From positions 1 through 15,682 of the IMG/VR virus record IMGVR_UViG_3300028534_000011: a stretch of DNA of 15,682 nt; one strand, given 5' to 3'. Source of the DNA: a virus. Below, piece after piece: positions 1-6,392 of the stretch (the stretch's first letter is position 1; each line of letters starts with the position of its first letter). The notes under the pieces were generated by a model. It worked only from the letters and a program-made list of their open reading frames with translations, ran no database searches and was not told where the DNA came from. The translations under genes and the position numbers were made by a program.

Positions 1-118
1 AAAATTTTATAAAATTTCTAAAATTTCATCAGAAATAAATTCTGGTACACTTTAATATTCTGATATATAAAATTATATCAAAAATATTAAAATATACCAG
101 GGACCTCCAGAGAGGTCC
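1..118 (-). repeat. Regulatory cassette copy A (partial, cut by the window start): distal half with the GC-rich stem-loop
   Basis: Aligns with the cassette copies at 3017-3213, 6206-6392 and 11170-11369. Shared blocks: aaatttctaaaatttcatcaga, atatcaaaaatattaaaata, ggacctccagagaggtcc. Positions 1-35 are identical to 15648-15682. Confidence 0.8.
101..118 (-). terminator. GC-rich stem-loop (GGACCTC-TCTG-GAGGTCC on the transcribed strand) directly after the stop of the 119..481 gene. Putative terminator or RNA processing/stability element.
   Basis: Perfect 7-bp stem with a 4-nt loop, and the only GC-rich island in AT-rich DNA. It recurs at 6376-6391 and 11353-11368. The downstream U-tract is offset (CUGGUAUAUUUUAAUAUUUUU), so it is not a textbook intrinsic terminator. 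Confidence 0.45.
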
Positions 119-481
119 TCATACTCCCATTTCAAGTTTTTTCCATTCAATAAATAATTTAATGTCCCATCTGAAGCTTTCTATATTTTTAAGATGTTTT
201 TCTAAATATTCTAAATCGTTTTCAACTTTTTTTATTTTATATTTTAAATCAATATATTCTTTATCTTTTTCTATAAAATCTTTTATTTCATTATTTTTTA
301 AAGATATAGGAAAATCATTTTTATAATATAAATATTTTTCCATCCAGAGATTGTCTAATTTTTTGTAAAAATCCACCAATTCATTTCTTTTTTGTTTAAT
401 TTGAAATAAAACTTTTTCATATTCATTTGCAATTATTTTTAATTTATCTTTAATATTTTTTTCATCAAAACTGAAATCCAT
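119..481 (-). CDS. Small coiled-coil protein, tentatively a UvsY-like recombination mediator
   Basis: 120-aa ORF with RBS GGAGATTAAAATG; its start lies 1 nt after the uvsW-like stop. The C-terminal half (LYYKND...DKEYIDL...NIESFRWDIKLFIEWKKLEMG) parallels T4 UvsY (LDYYSG...DKDVLKV...AIKSRGFAIKHIQDMRAFEAG) as I recall it. uvsW and uvsY also lie close together in T4. Confidence 0.45.
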   Translation of the reverse strand: MDFSFDEKNIKDKLKIIANEYEKVLFQIKQKRNELVDFYKKLDNLWMEKYLYYKNDFPISLKNNEIKDFIEKDKEYIDLKYKIKKVENDLEYLEKHLKNIESFRWDIKLFIEWKKLEMGV

Positions 482-482
482 T

Positions 483-2105
483 TTAATCTCCTATTTTAAT
501 GTTTTTTTCTATAATAGGATATGCGTTTTGCATATAAAGATTTATTCTTTCATCTGCATGTTTTAGCATATAATTTTTTCTTTTTCTGCATGTACTAAAA
601 TCATCAACGTAATCAAAAATTTTTGTAATATTTTTGTCTTTGTGCTGTCTCATTCCTCTTCCAATACTCTGATTTAATCTAATAAATGATTTTGTGCTTG
701 AAACTAAATGTATATTATGTATTTTTTTAATATTTACTCCTGTTGACAATGTTCCATATGTAGCAATCAATATTCCACCATCTTGTAATTCAAGCATTTT
801 TCTTATTTCTTCTCTTTTATTTCCTTTTACGTCTCCTCTAATAAAAAACAAATTTAATTCATCTAAAACAATAATATTGTCTTTTCTTTCACAAAGAATG
901 TCTTTTTCTGATTGTACAATATAAATTTTGTCTTCTTTTATTTGCTTTATTTGATTTTTATAAACAAATTTATCTATATTTTCAGACAAATTTAATTTCT
1001 TTTTTATTATTCTAAAAAGTAATTCTTCACCATGCGAAATTTTATTATATAAAATAAGATTATTTTCTTTCTTCTCTGAAAGTTTTAAAGCTACATTTGC
1101 AATAAATTCATTTCTAGATTCTAATTCTTCAATAAACTTTACTTCACTTTGAAAAGAATTCATTTTTTTCCAAAATGTGTTGCAAATTTCTTTGTTGTAT
1201 TGAATAAAAAACATTATTACTTTAATAGGCGTTGCATATCCTAAATCTATTAATTCTTGTGGCGTAATTATTTTTTTAGGTTTTCCAAGGGTTGACAGTA
1301 AAGTCATTTTGTCAATTGTATTTTGTGGGAGTGTTCCTGTAAATCCCAATTTGTATTTTGCATTAATAGATGCTTTTATTATTTTTTCAAGATTTTCTGA
1401 TTTTGCTGTATGTGATTCATCTATTATTATAAAATCTAATTCTGGAAATAAATATAATGATTTTCTAAGACTTTGCCAAGTTGAAATTGTAAGAGGCTTA
1501 TCAAAATGTTTTTCTTTTCCTGAATATATTTTATGGACATACTCGTCTAAATTATTCCACCCATATTCTTTAAAATCGCTAAACATTTGTTCAACTAAAT
1601 TTACAGTAGGAACAATAAGAGCCCCTTTAAATTTGAGTTTGTCTAATAAATAACGTACTATTACATAAATCATAAATGATTTGCCTGATGATGTTGCTGA
1701 AAGTAATATTCCTCTTTTATTGTTTAATGCATATAAAATAGCATCAATTTGATAATCTCTTGGCTTAAAAGGAATTTTTAATTCTTCAATAAATTTTAAA
1801 ATTTCTTCTTTTGTAATATTGAATTTAAATTCATTTTCTTCATATGTGACATTATATCCCCATGATTTTAATTTGTCAATAATAAAATATGAAAGTCCCT
1901 TTGGAATAATTAATCCTGTTGGTGTTTGTGAATAAAATTTTTTCTTTCCATCCCACATACCTGCTCTAAATGAAGGCATAAATTGATAACCATCAACATA
2001 AATTGATAATGAATTCATTATTTTTATTTTTAAATCAAACCCCTCTTCTGTATCAGGAATTTCAATTACAGTATATGATTCATTTATATCTTTTAATTTT
2101 ATCAT
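483..2105 (-). CDS. uvsW: UvsW-like SF2 DNA helicase (RecG-like branch-specific helicase of T4-type phages)
   Basis: 540 aa. Walker A LLSATSSGKS, DExH box IIDESHTAKS, TGT motif, and C-terminal QSIGRGMR motif VI. The N-terminal YVDGYQFMPSFRAGMWDGKKKF matches T4 UvsW EADGYRFNPRFRYGNWDGRIRL. Collinear similarity runs along the whole length (ISTWQS/VGTWQT, SHGEEL/SHGKAI, ATYGTLSTGVNIKKIH/ASYGVFSTGISVKNLH). Confidence 0.85.
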   Translation of the reverse strand: MIKLKDINESYTVIEIPDTEEGFDLKIKIMNSLSIYVDGYQFMPSFRAGMWDGKKKFYSQTPTGLIIPKGLSYFIIDKLKSWGYNVTYEENEFKFNITKEEILKFIEELKIPFKPRDYQIDAILYALNNKRGILLSATSSGKSFMIYVIVRYLLDKLKFKGALIVPTVNLVEQMFSDFKEYGWNNLDEYVHKIYSGKEKHFDKPLTISTWQSLRKSLYLFPELDFIIIDESHTAKSENLEKIIKASINAKYKLGFTGTLPQNTIDKMTLLSTLGKPKKIITPQELIDLGYATPIKVIMFFIQYNKEICNTFWKKMNSFQSEVKFIEELESRNEFIANVALKLSEKKENNLILYNKISHGEELLFRIIKKKLNLSENIDKFVYKNQIKQIKEDKIYIVQSEKDILCERKDNIIVLDELNLFFIRGDVKGNKREEIRKMLELQDGGILIATYGTLSTGVNIKKIHNIHLVSSTKSFIRLNQSIGRGMRQHKDKNITKIFDYVDDFSTCRKRKNYMLKHADERINLYMQNAYPIIEKNIKIGD

Positions 2106-2107
2106 TT

Positions 2108-2791
2108 TTATTCCTTAAATTGTTCTACTTTAATACCACATTTTTTCATTAATTCTAATCCTGATGTTTCTCTGTACTCTTCTATGTACACAACTCTTTT
2201 TATGCCTGATTGAATTATCATTTTAGAGCATTCTGAACAAGGACTTAATGTTACGTAAAGAGTTGTTCCTTTTAATGGAATTCCTTCTTTTGCTGCAAAA
2301 AGAATAGCATTCGCTTCAGCATGAATGACTTTTGAATGATCAGTAATTAATTCTTTTTTAGTTTCAAAATCTCCTATTAATCTATAATTACCAGAATTAT
2401 CATTAGCATGATTAATAAATCCTATTTGATCGTGACATTTACTGCAATAAATTTTATTGCTTTTCAAGTCTTCGATAATATCTGCTTTACAACATTTGCT
2501 TACCAATTTTTCTTTTTCTTTTTCACAATCTAATTCTTTAGGAATTTGAATTATTCCTGTTCCTTTACATTTATAACAAACATTATAGTTTATTATTCCA
2601 ATTCCTTTGCATTCATCACATATTTTTTCTTCATATTCTATATAACCAGAAGGAGTCCCATTATATCCAATTGAAATAATTCTTGAATCTTTAGCTATTA
2701 CTGCTCCGACTTTATTTCTAATACATTTGCTCTGCTGAGCCCAAAGCTCAGCAGTTTTTAACATTGTTTTGTCAATTTGATATTTAGTCAT
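2108..2791 (-). CDS. cd: dCMP deaminase (T4 Cd-like) with an enlarged Cys-rich insertion
   Basis: 227 aa. VGAVIAKDSRIISIGYNGTPSG, IHAEANAILFAA and YVTLSPCSECSKMIIQSGIKRVVY match the zinc-deaminase HAE/PCxxC motifs and closely match T4 Cd. An ~100-aa insert between GYNG and HAE carries CDECKGIG...CYKCKGTG plus further Cys pairs. Confidence 0.9.
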   Translation of the reverse strand: MTKYQIDKTMLKTAELWAQQSKCIRNKVGAVIAKDSRIISIGYNGTPSGYIEYEEKICDECKGIGIINYNVCYKCKGTGIIQIPKELDCEKEKEKLVSKCCKADIIEDLKSNKIYCSKCHDQIGFINHANDNSGNYRLIGDFETKKELITDHSKVIHAEANAILFAAKEGIPLKGTTLYVTLSPCSECSKMIIQSGIKRVVYIEEYRETSGLELMKKCGIKVEQFKE

Positions 2792-2794
2792 TTT

Positions 2795-3016
2795 TTATCC
2801 TTTATATCCAATTTCATCTATTTCATTTTCGATTTCTTTTAGAAGTTCATCATGATTCAAAAAGAATTCAATTGTATTTGAAAACATTTTATCAAATTTA
2901 TCAATAAGGTAATCTTCATCTTCTTCATAGAAATAAGCTCTTTCCCATAATTCTTTGAATTTTGAAAAATTGATTCTATTATAAATGTAAAGTAGAACTT
3001 TTCTTGTTTTACTCAT
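2795..3016 (-). CDS. Hypothetical protein, first gene of the transcription unit
   Basis: 73-aa ORF. RBS AAAGGAGTTAAAATG lies directly downstream of the cassette promoter. No recognisable motif. Confidence 0.6.
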   Translation of the reverse strand: MSKTRKVLLYIYNRINFSKFKELWERAYFYEEDEDYLIDKFDKMFSNTIEFFLNHDELLKEIENEIDEIGYKG

Positions 3017-3213
3017 TTTAACTCCTTTTTGTTTTATTTACAGTAAAATTATAACATTTTTTCAAATAAATGTAAACAAAAATTAAATAAAATTTGTAAA
3101 ATTTTGTAAAATTTATAAAAATTCATCAGAGATGAATCCAGAGATGATTTCTATAAAAGACATATAAAACTATATTAAAATAATTTTTATATACCAGAAA
3201 CCTTCAGAGAGGA
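3017..3213 (-). repeat. Regulatory cassette copy B (complete; distal stem-loop degenerate)
   Basis: Same block order as copies C and D. The terminal hairpin is eroded to ccttcagagagg (3-bp stem). The second hairpin ATTCATC-AGA-GATGAAT at 3121-3137 is intact. Confidence 0.8.
3048..3076 (-). promoter_or_regulatory. Sigma70-type promoter: -35 TTTACA (3071-3076), 17-nt spacer, extended -10 TGTTATAAT (-10 at 3048-3053)
   Basis: Read directly on the minus strand: TTTACATTTATTTGAAAAAATGTTATAAT. About 30 nt upstream of the RBS/ATG at 3016. A/T-phased TTTACAAAATT repeats lie upstream. Confidence 0.75.
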
Positions 3214-3456
3214 TCAATTGAAAGGAGGAAGTATTTGATAGGAGTTTATTTTAAGTGAAGTATTTTTAGAAGAACAATTTAATATTATTTTCATTATATT
3301 ATTTTTTAAAATTATTTTCAATGTATATGGCAGACCTAAATGACTTAATATTTTATTGAATAAATTAATTTTAATATTTATTTCAAAATTAAATTCTTTT
3401 GCAACGTTTTCAACATCATTAAAATTTTTGATATTTAAAATTTTGTCAAATAACAT
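3214..3456 (-). CDS. Hypothetical protein
   Basis: 80-aa ORF, RBS AAAGGAGTTAAAATG, last gene of its unit. No motif recognised. Confidence 0.55.
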   Translation of the reverse strand: MLFDKILNIKNFNDVENVAKEFNFEINIKINLFNKILSHLGLPYTLKIILKNNIMKIILNCSSKNTSLKINSYQILPPFN

Positions 3457-3474
3457 TTTAACTCCTTTAAATTT

Positions 3475-3705
3475 TTATAAATATTTTAAATAAAATTCAG
3501 GAATAGCATCTAATTCTTCAACAATTTTCAAAGGTATAAAATTTATGTTTGCCACTTTTTCAGGAGAATTATATTTTAATTCTGATTTTATTTTTTTAAT
3601 CCAATTAATAACAGATAGAGTGTAATCTCCTTCTTTGTTTTTTATTTTTGCTAATTTGCAATAAATTTTATTAAGTTTTTTAATCATTAATGGATTTACG
3701 TTCAT
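3475..3705 (-). CDS. Hypothetical protein
   Basis: 76-aa ORF. Its start overlaps the GGDEF gene end by 26 nt. Weak RBS AAAGGCAGAAAATG. Confidence 0.5.
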   Translation of the reverse strand: MNVNPLMIKKLNKIYCKLAKIKNKEGDYTLSVINWIKKIKSELKYNSPEKVANINFIPLKIVEELDAIPEFYLKYL

Positions 3706-4144
3706 TTTCTGCCTTTGATTGAATTATTTTTTTATCTAATTTATTGAAAATTTTTCTAAAATCCATTTTTAAAGGATTGTATATTTCGTAAACATAATTA
3801 CCATATTTTTCTTTAATTGAAAATGGCTTTTTTGAGAAAATCAAAAATTCATCTCCACCTATTCTAAAAATTTCTGATTTTATATACTTTAATTCTTTTT
3901 TTAAATATTCAGAAAATTCTAAGATATATTCATTACCTTTTTCCCATCCATATTTTCTATTAATTTTATGTAAATTATTTAAATCAACTAAACAAACAAC
4001 ATAATCAGAATTTTCACTAGAAATGTAATTCAAAAAATCTTTTAATTTATATCTATTTCCAAAACCAGTTAAATCATCATGTTTTAATTTATGAATTTCT
4101 TCTTTTAATTCTATAATTTCTTTTTTTAATTTTTCACAATCCAT
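3680..4144 (-). CDS. Minimal GGDEF-domain protein (putative diguanylate cyclase) with a short N-terminal coiled coil
   Basis: 154 aa. Motifs: DDLTGFGNRY (the DxLTGLxNR entry motif), VDLNNLHKINRKYGWEKGNEYIL (metal-binding D/N region) and RIGGDEFLIF (intact GGDEF, nt 3845-3859). No RxxD I-site five residues upstream of GGDEF. RBS AAGGATAATAAAATG. Confidence 0.8.
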   Translation of the reverse strand: MDCEKLKKEIIELKEEIHKLKHDDLTGFGNRYKLKDFLNYISSENSDYVVCLVDLNNLHKINRKYGWEKGNEYILEFSEYLKKELKYIKSEIFRIGGDEFLIFSKKPFSIKEKYGNYVYEIYNPLKMDFRKIFNKLDKKIIQSKAENERKSIND

Positions 4145-4314
4145 TTTATTATCCTTACAATAAAATCTGAAACATCTATCATTCCAATTAAAACAAAAAT
4201 AGTCAAAATATCATAAGTAATATTTTTATCAATTTTAGCGATATAAATTACCAAAAAATAAAGAAATAAAAAAATGATTAATTTGTATATGAAATTAATG
4301 ATTATTTCTTTCAT
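4126..4314 (-). CDS. Small membrane protein (two predicted TM helices)
   Basis: 62 aa, hydrophobic runs IIFLFLYFLVIYIA and ILTIFVLIGMI. Its 3' end overlaps the GGDEF start by 19 nt. Confidence 0.6.
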   Translation of the reverse strand: MKEIIINFIYKLIIFLFLYFLVIYIAKIDKNITYDILTIFVLIGMIDVSDFIVRIIKWIVKN

Positions 4315-4400
4315 TTTATGTTCCTTAAAAAGTAAAATATTAATAAAATTAATATTACAACTGAATATATAATAATAAAAATAATATCTAGTAGTTCCAT
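4311..4400 (-). CDS. Unannotated 29-aa hydrophobic peptide (MELLDIIFIIIYSVVILILLIFYFLRNIK)
   Basis: Not in the supplied ORF track, which lists nothing under 62 aa. The ATG lies 1 nt after the upstream stop, with AAAAGGTTTAAAATG as RBS. Its TGA overlaps the next ATG (ATGA). It would form a single TM helix. Confidence 0.4.
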   Translation of the reverse strand: MELLDIIFIIIYSVVILILLIFYFLRNIK

Positions 4401-4401
4401 T

Positions 4402-4602
4402 TTAAACCTTTTCTCTTAAGATATATAGATTAGATAAATAATCAAAAAAATTTAATCCTGTACATTTTGAAATTTCTTTTATAAAATTTGCAGTAGATTG
4501 ATTATATAAATAATCTTCAAATTGTTCCCAATTTTCAAAATGTACATTAGTACATTCTTTTATTTGTTTTAAAATTTTTTGTCTAAATTCATGTATTGTC
4601 AT
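4402..4602 (-). CDS. Hypothetical protein
   Basis: 66-aa ORF with a 4-nt ATGA overlap with the upstream ThyX-like gene. Confidence 0.6.
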   Translation of the reverse strand: MTIHEFRQKILKQIKECTNVHFENWEQFEDYLYNQSTANFIKEISKCTGLNFFDYLSNLYILREKV

Positions 4603-5537
4603 TGTTTTCCCTCAAATAATAATTGTTTTATTCCTTCAACTGTTTTTTTAGTTTGTTCTTGAGTCCAATCTTTATAATATTCTGGAAATGCACTTCTTTG
4701 TAAACATAAATGTTCCCAAGTTGTGGGATCATTAATCCAACCTGCCATAAACCAAGTTTTGTATTTTAGTCCATAATGAAATCTTTGGTAAATTTCTTTT
4801 GGATACCCTAACTCTTTTAATATTTCATAAACTTCATTTGTAGAGAAATTATAAAATAAGTCTTTCTTCAACTCCTCTATATTTTGACTGTCCTGATATT
4901 CTAAGAATAATTCATATATATCAAATTCTAAACTTCTTTTTCCTGACCACTCTTTTTCTAAAATTTCTTTCATTCTATCAAATATGTCAGTAGGCAGCCA
5001 ATAATCAGTTTCCTCAACCACCCTTTCTGATATTGCTATTTTAGATAATGCTTGATGAGTATATAATTGATCAAATACAAAATGTGGTGCTTTGATTTTA
5101 ACAACTTTAAAGTCTTTTACCTCTTCTTCTGTATTAAAAGGCACATACTCAAATAATCCTGAATTGTATACTGCTCTAAAGTTAGTGCAAATATTATAAT
5201 TTTCATCTATGTAAGAATATCTTAGCAAATTATTAATTATAATTCTGTTGATATTACTTGTTAACATAGATAATTTTACTGGACAAAACTCTAATGCTCT
5301 GCTTGCATTTCTATGATCTTCTTTTGCTTCATTGATAGTATTTGGAGCTGCTTCTCTTAACAAATGTTCATATCTTTTTCTTGGGTTTGCTGAACTGTCT
5401 TTACCTCTGCTTATTGCCGCTATACTAGTTATAAAATCAATTCTTTTTTCTTTACTTAAATTTGCTTTTGATGAATCAATTAATTCTACATAACCAAGAT
5501 TATCTGGTAAATCTATATGTTTTAATACCTTTAGCAT
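4599..5537 (-). CDS. Divergent ThyX-like (flavin-dependent thymidylate synthase fold) protein with a non-canonical signature
   Basis: 312 aa. GYVELID...IAAISRG, and KAPHFVFDQLYTHQALSKIAISERV, are collinear with Thermotoga ThyX GFVELVD...AARVS and [25 protein letters not shown]. The later LCLQRSA aligns with LNLRADSHA. The RHR signature reads THQ (nt 5052-5060). Confidence 0.55.
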   Translation of the reverse strand: MLKVLKHIDLPDNLGYVELIDSSKANLSKEKRIDFITSIAAISRGKDSSANPRKRYEHLLREAAPNTINEAKEDHRNASRALEFCPVKLSMLTSNINRIIINNLLRYSYIDENYNICTNFRAVYNSGLFEYVPFNTEEEVKDFKVVKIKAPHFVFDQLYTHQALSKIAISERVVEETDYWLPTDIFDRMKEILEKEWSGKRSLEFDIYELFLEYQDSQNIEELKKDLFYNFSTNEVYEILKELGYPKEIYQRFHYGLKYKTWFMAGWINDPTTWEHLCLQRSAFPEYYKDWTQEQTKKTVEGIKQLLFEGKQ

Positions 5538-5538
5538 T

Positions 5539-5718
5539 TTAAACTCCTTCTTTTATTTTATAAGTCCATCTATTGAATTTTTCAATTTTTCCTTCTTTAA
5601 TTAATTTTTTAAGTGCATCCCTGATAATTGTTTTTTTTATTCCTAATATTTTTTCAAGTAAAGATACTCTAAAATATTCTACTTCTTTTGCAATTTTCAT
5701 AATTTCTTCTTCAAACAT
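5539..5718 (-). CDS. Unannotated 59-aa winged-helix/HTH-like small DNA-binding protein
   Basis: Not in the supplied track. Sequence: MFEEEIMKIAKEVEYFRVSLLEKILGIKKTIIRDALKKLIKEGKIEKFNRWTYKIKEGV. Strong RBS GGAGGAGTTAAATG. ATGTTTGA overlap with the kinase stop, and its stop lies 1 nt before the next ATG. The helix-turn-helix plus beta-wing pattern resembles small wHTH regulators. Confidence 0.55.
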   Translation of the reverse strand: MFEEEIMKIAKEVEYFRVSLLEKILGIKKTIIRDALKKLIKEGKIEKFNRWTYKIKEGV

Positions 5719-6205
5719 TTAACTCCTCCATTACTTTATTTATTTTTTCTTTTAATTTATTTAAATTTTTTTCTGTGTTGTCTATAATTATTTCATTCTC
5801 AACATCAAATTTTTCTGGATATTCTTCTTTAATGTTTTTATCAATAACGTGAATAAAAATCACATCATCGATTTCTTTTATTTTTTTGTATTCAATTTCA
5901 AATCTACAATCAGATATAATATTTATTTTTGTGACATCTAATTGCTTTATGATTGATTTTACCCAAAAATCTGGATATACTTTTTTTATTTCTTCACCCA
6001 GCCATATAAGATATTTTCTGTATTTTTTCTTATTTTTTTCTAATTCTTTACATGATATTTCTTTTATATTACAAATAATTTTTTTAATCAAAGAAGCAAA
6101 TGAATATCTATTTGGTTTAATTCCTTTATTTTTAAAATATTCTTCTATTAAATCAGCAACTGTATCTTTTCCAACTCTTTTCTCTCCATAAATAAGAATT
6201 GTCAT
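5711..6205 (-). CDS. Deoxynucleoside monophosphate kinase (T4 gp1 family)
   Basis: 164 aa. MTILIYGEKRVGKDTVADLI matches T4 gp1 MKLIFLSGVKRSGKDTTADFI. Also DFWVK/MYWVK and SDCRFEIE/PDTRQDHE. First gene after a cassette promoter. Confidence 0.7.
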   Translation of the reverse strand: MTILIYGEKRVGKDTVADLIEEYFKNKGIKPNRYSFASLIKKIICNIKEISCKELEKNKKKYRKYLIWLGEEIKKVYPDFWVKSIIKQLDVTKINIISDCRFEIEYKKIKEIDDVIFIHVIDKNIKEEYPEKFDVENEIIIDNTEKNLNKLKEKINKVMEELNV

Positions 6206-6236
6206 TTAAAATCCTTTTTAATTTGTTTACAATAAA

Positions 6237-6265
6237 ATTATAATATATTTTAAAATAGATGTAAA
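6237..6265 (-). promoter_or_regulatory. Sigma70-type promoter: -35 TTTACA (6260-6265), 17-nt spacer, -10 TATAAT (6237-6242)
   Basis: Minus strand reads TTTACATCTATTTTAAAATATATTATAAT. It is positioned upstream of the RBS and the ATG at 6205. Confidence 0.75.
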
Positions 6266-6375
6266 TAAAAATTAAAAGAAATTTATAAAATTTCTAAAAT
6301 TTCATCAGAAATGAATCCAGAGGTAATTTGTAAAAAAGATATATTTTTATATCAAAAATATTAAAATACATCAGA

Positions 6376-6391
6376 GACCTCCAGAGAGGTC
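6376..6391 (-). terminator. GC-rich stem-loop (GACCTC-TCTG-GAGGTC) just after the MazG-like stop codon
   Basis: 6-bp stem and 4-nt loop. Same element as 101-118 and 11353-11368. Confidence 0.45.
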
Positions 6392-6392
6392 C

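Larger units (their letters stand above)
6206..6392 (-). repeat. Regulatory cassette copy C (complete)
   Basis: Order on the transcribed strand: stem-loop 6376-6391, hairpin 6301-6315, A/T-phased repeats, promoter 6237-6265, RBS. Confidence 0.85.

Noticed and set aside
1-35. 35-bp identity of the window ends as a genuine phage direct terminal repeat or packaging terminus
   Set aside because: The sequence is part of a dispersed cassette family that is also present internally (copy C carries a near-identical version). End identity is therefore expected from repeat-induced contig breaks and is not evidence for physical genome ends. I kept it only as a flagged observation.
694-924. Plus-strand ORFs in the supplied track (694-924, 1309-1653, 5886-6191, 9021-9284, 12384-12641, 15071-15331)
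   Set aside because: Each lies fully antisense to a longer, motif-supported minus-strand gene. None has an upstream RBS. Their translations are low-complexity F/I/L/S-rich strings, as expected from the antisense of AT-rich, K/E/N-rich coding sequence.
2330-2626. Cys-rich insert in the dCMP deaminase as an intein or inserted mobile gene
   Set aside because: There are no intein splice-junction residues or endonuclease motifs. The reading frame and codon style are continuous, and T4 Cd already has a smaller zinc-binding insert at the same position.
3197-3213. Copy B stem-loop as a functional terminator
   Set aside because: Only a 3-bp stem (cct/agg) survives compared with 6-7 bp in the other copies. 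I therefore did not list it as a terminator feature.
3680-4144. GGDEF protein as part of a CBASS/Pycsar-like defence or a Cas10-type cyclase
   Set aside because: The DxLTGxxNR and RxGGDEF motifs are those of bona fide diguanylate cyclases, not CD-NTases or Cas10 palm domains. No effector, sensor or cas genes are adjacent, and the neighbours are small phage ORFs.
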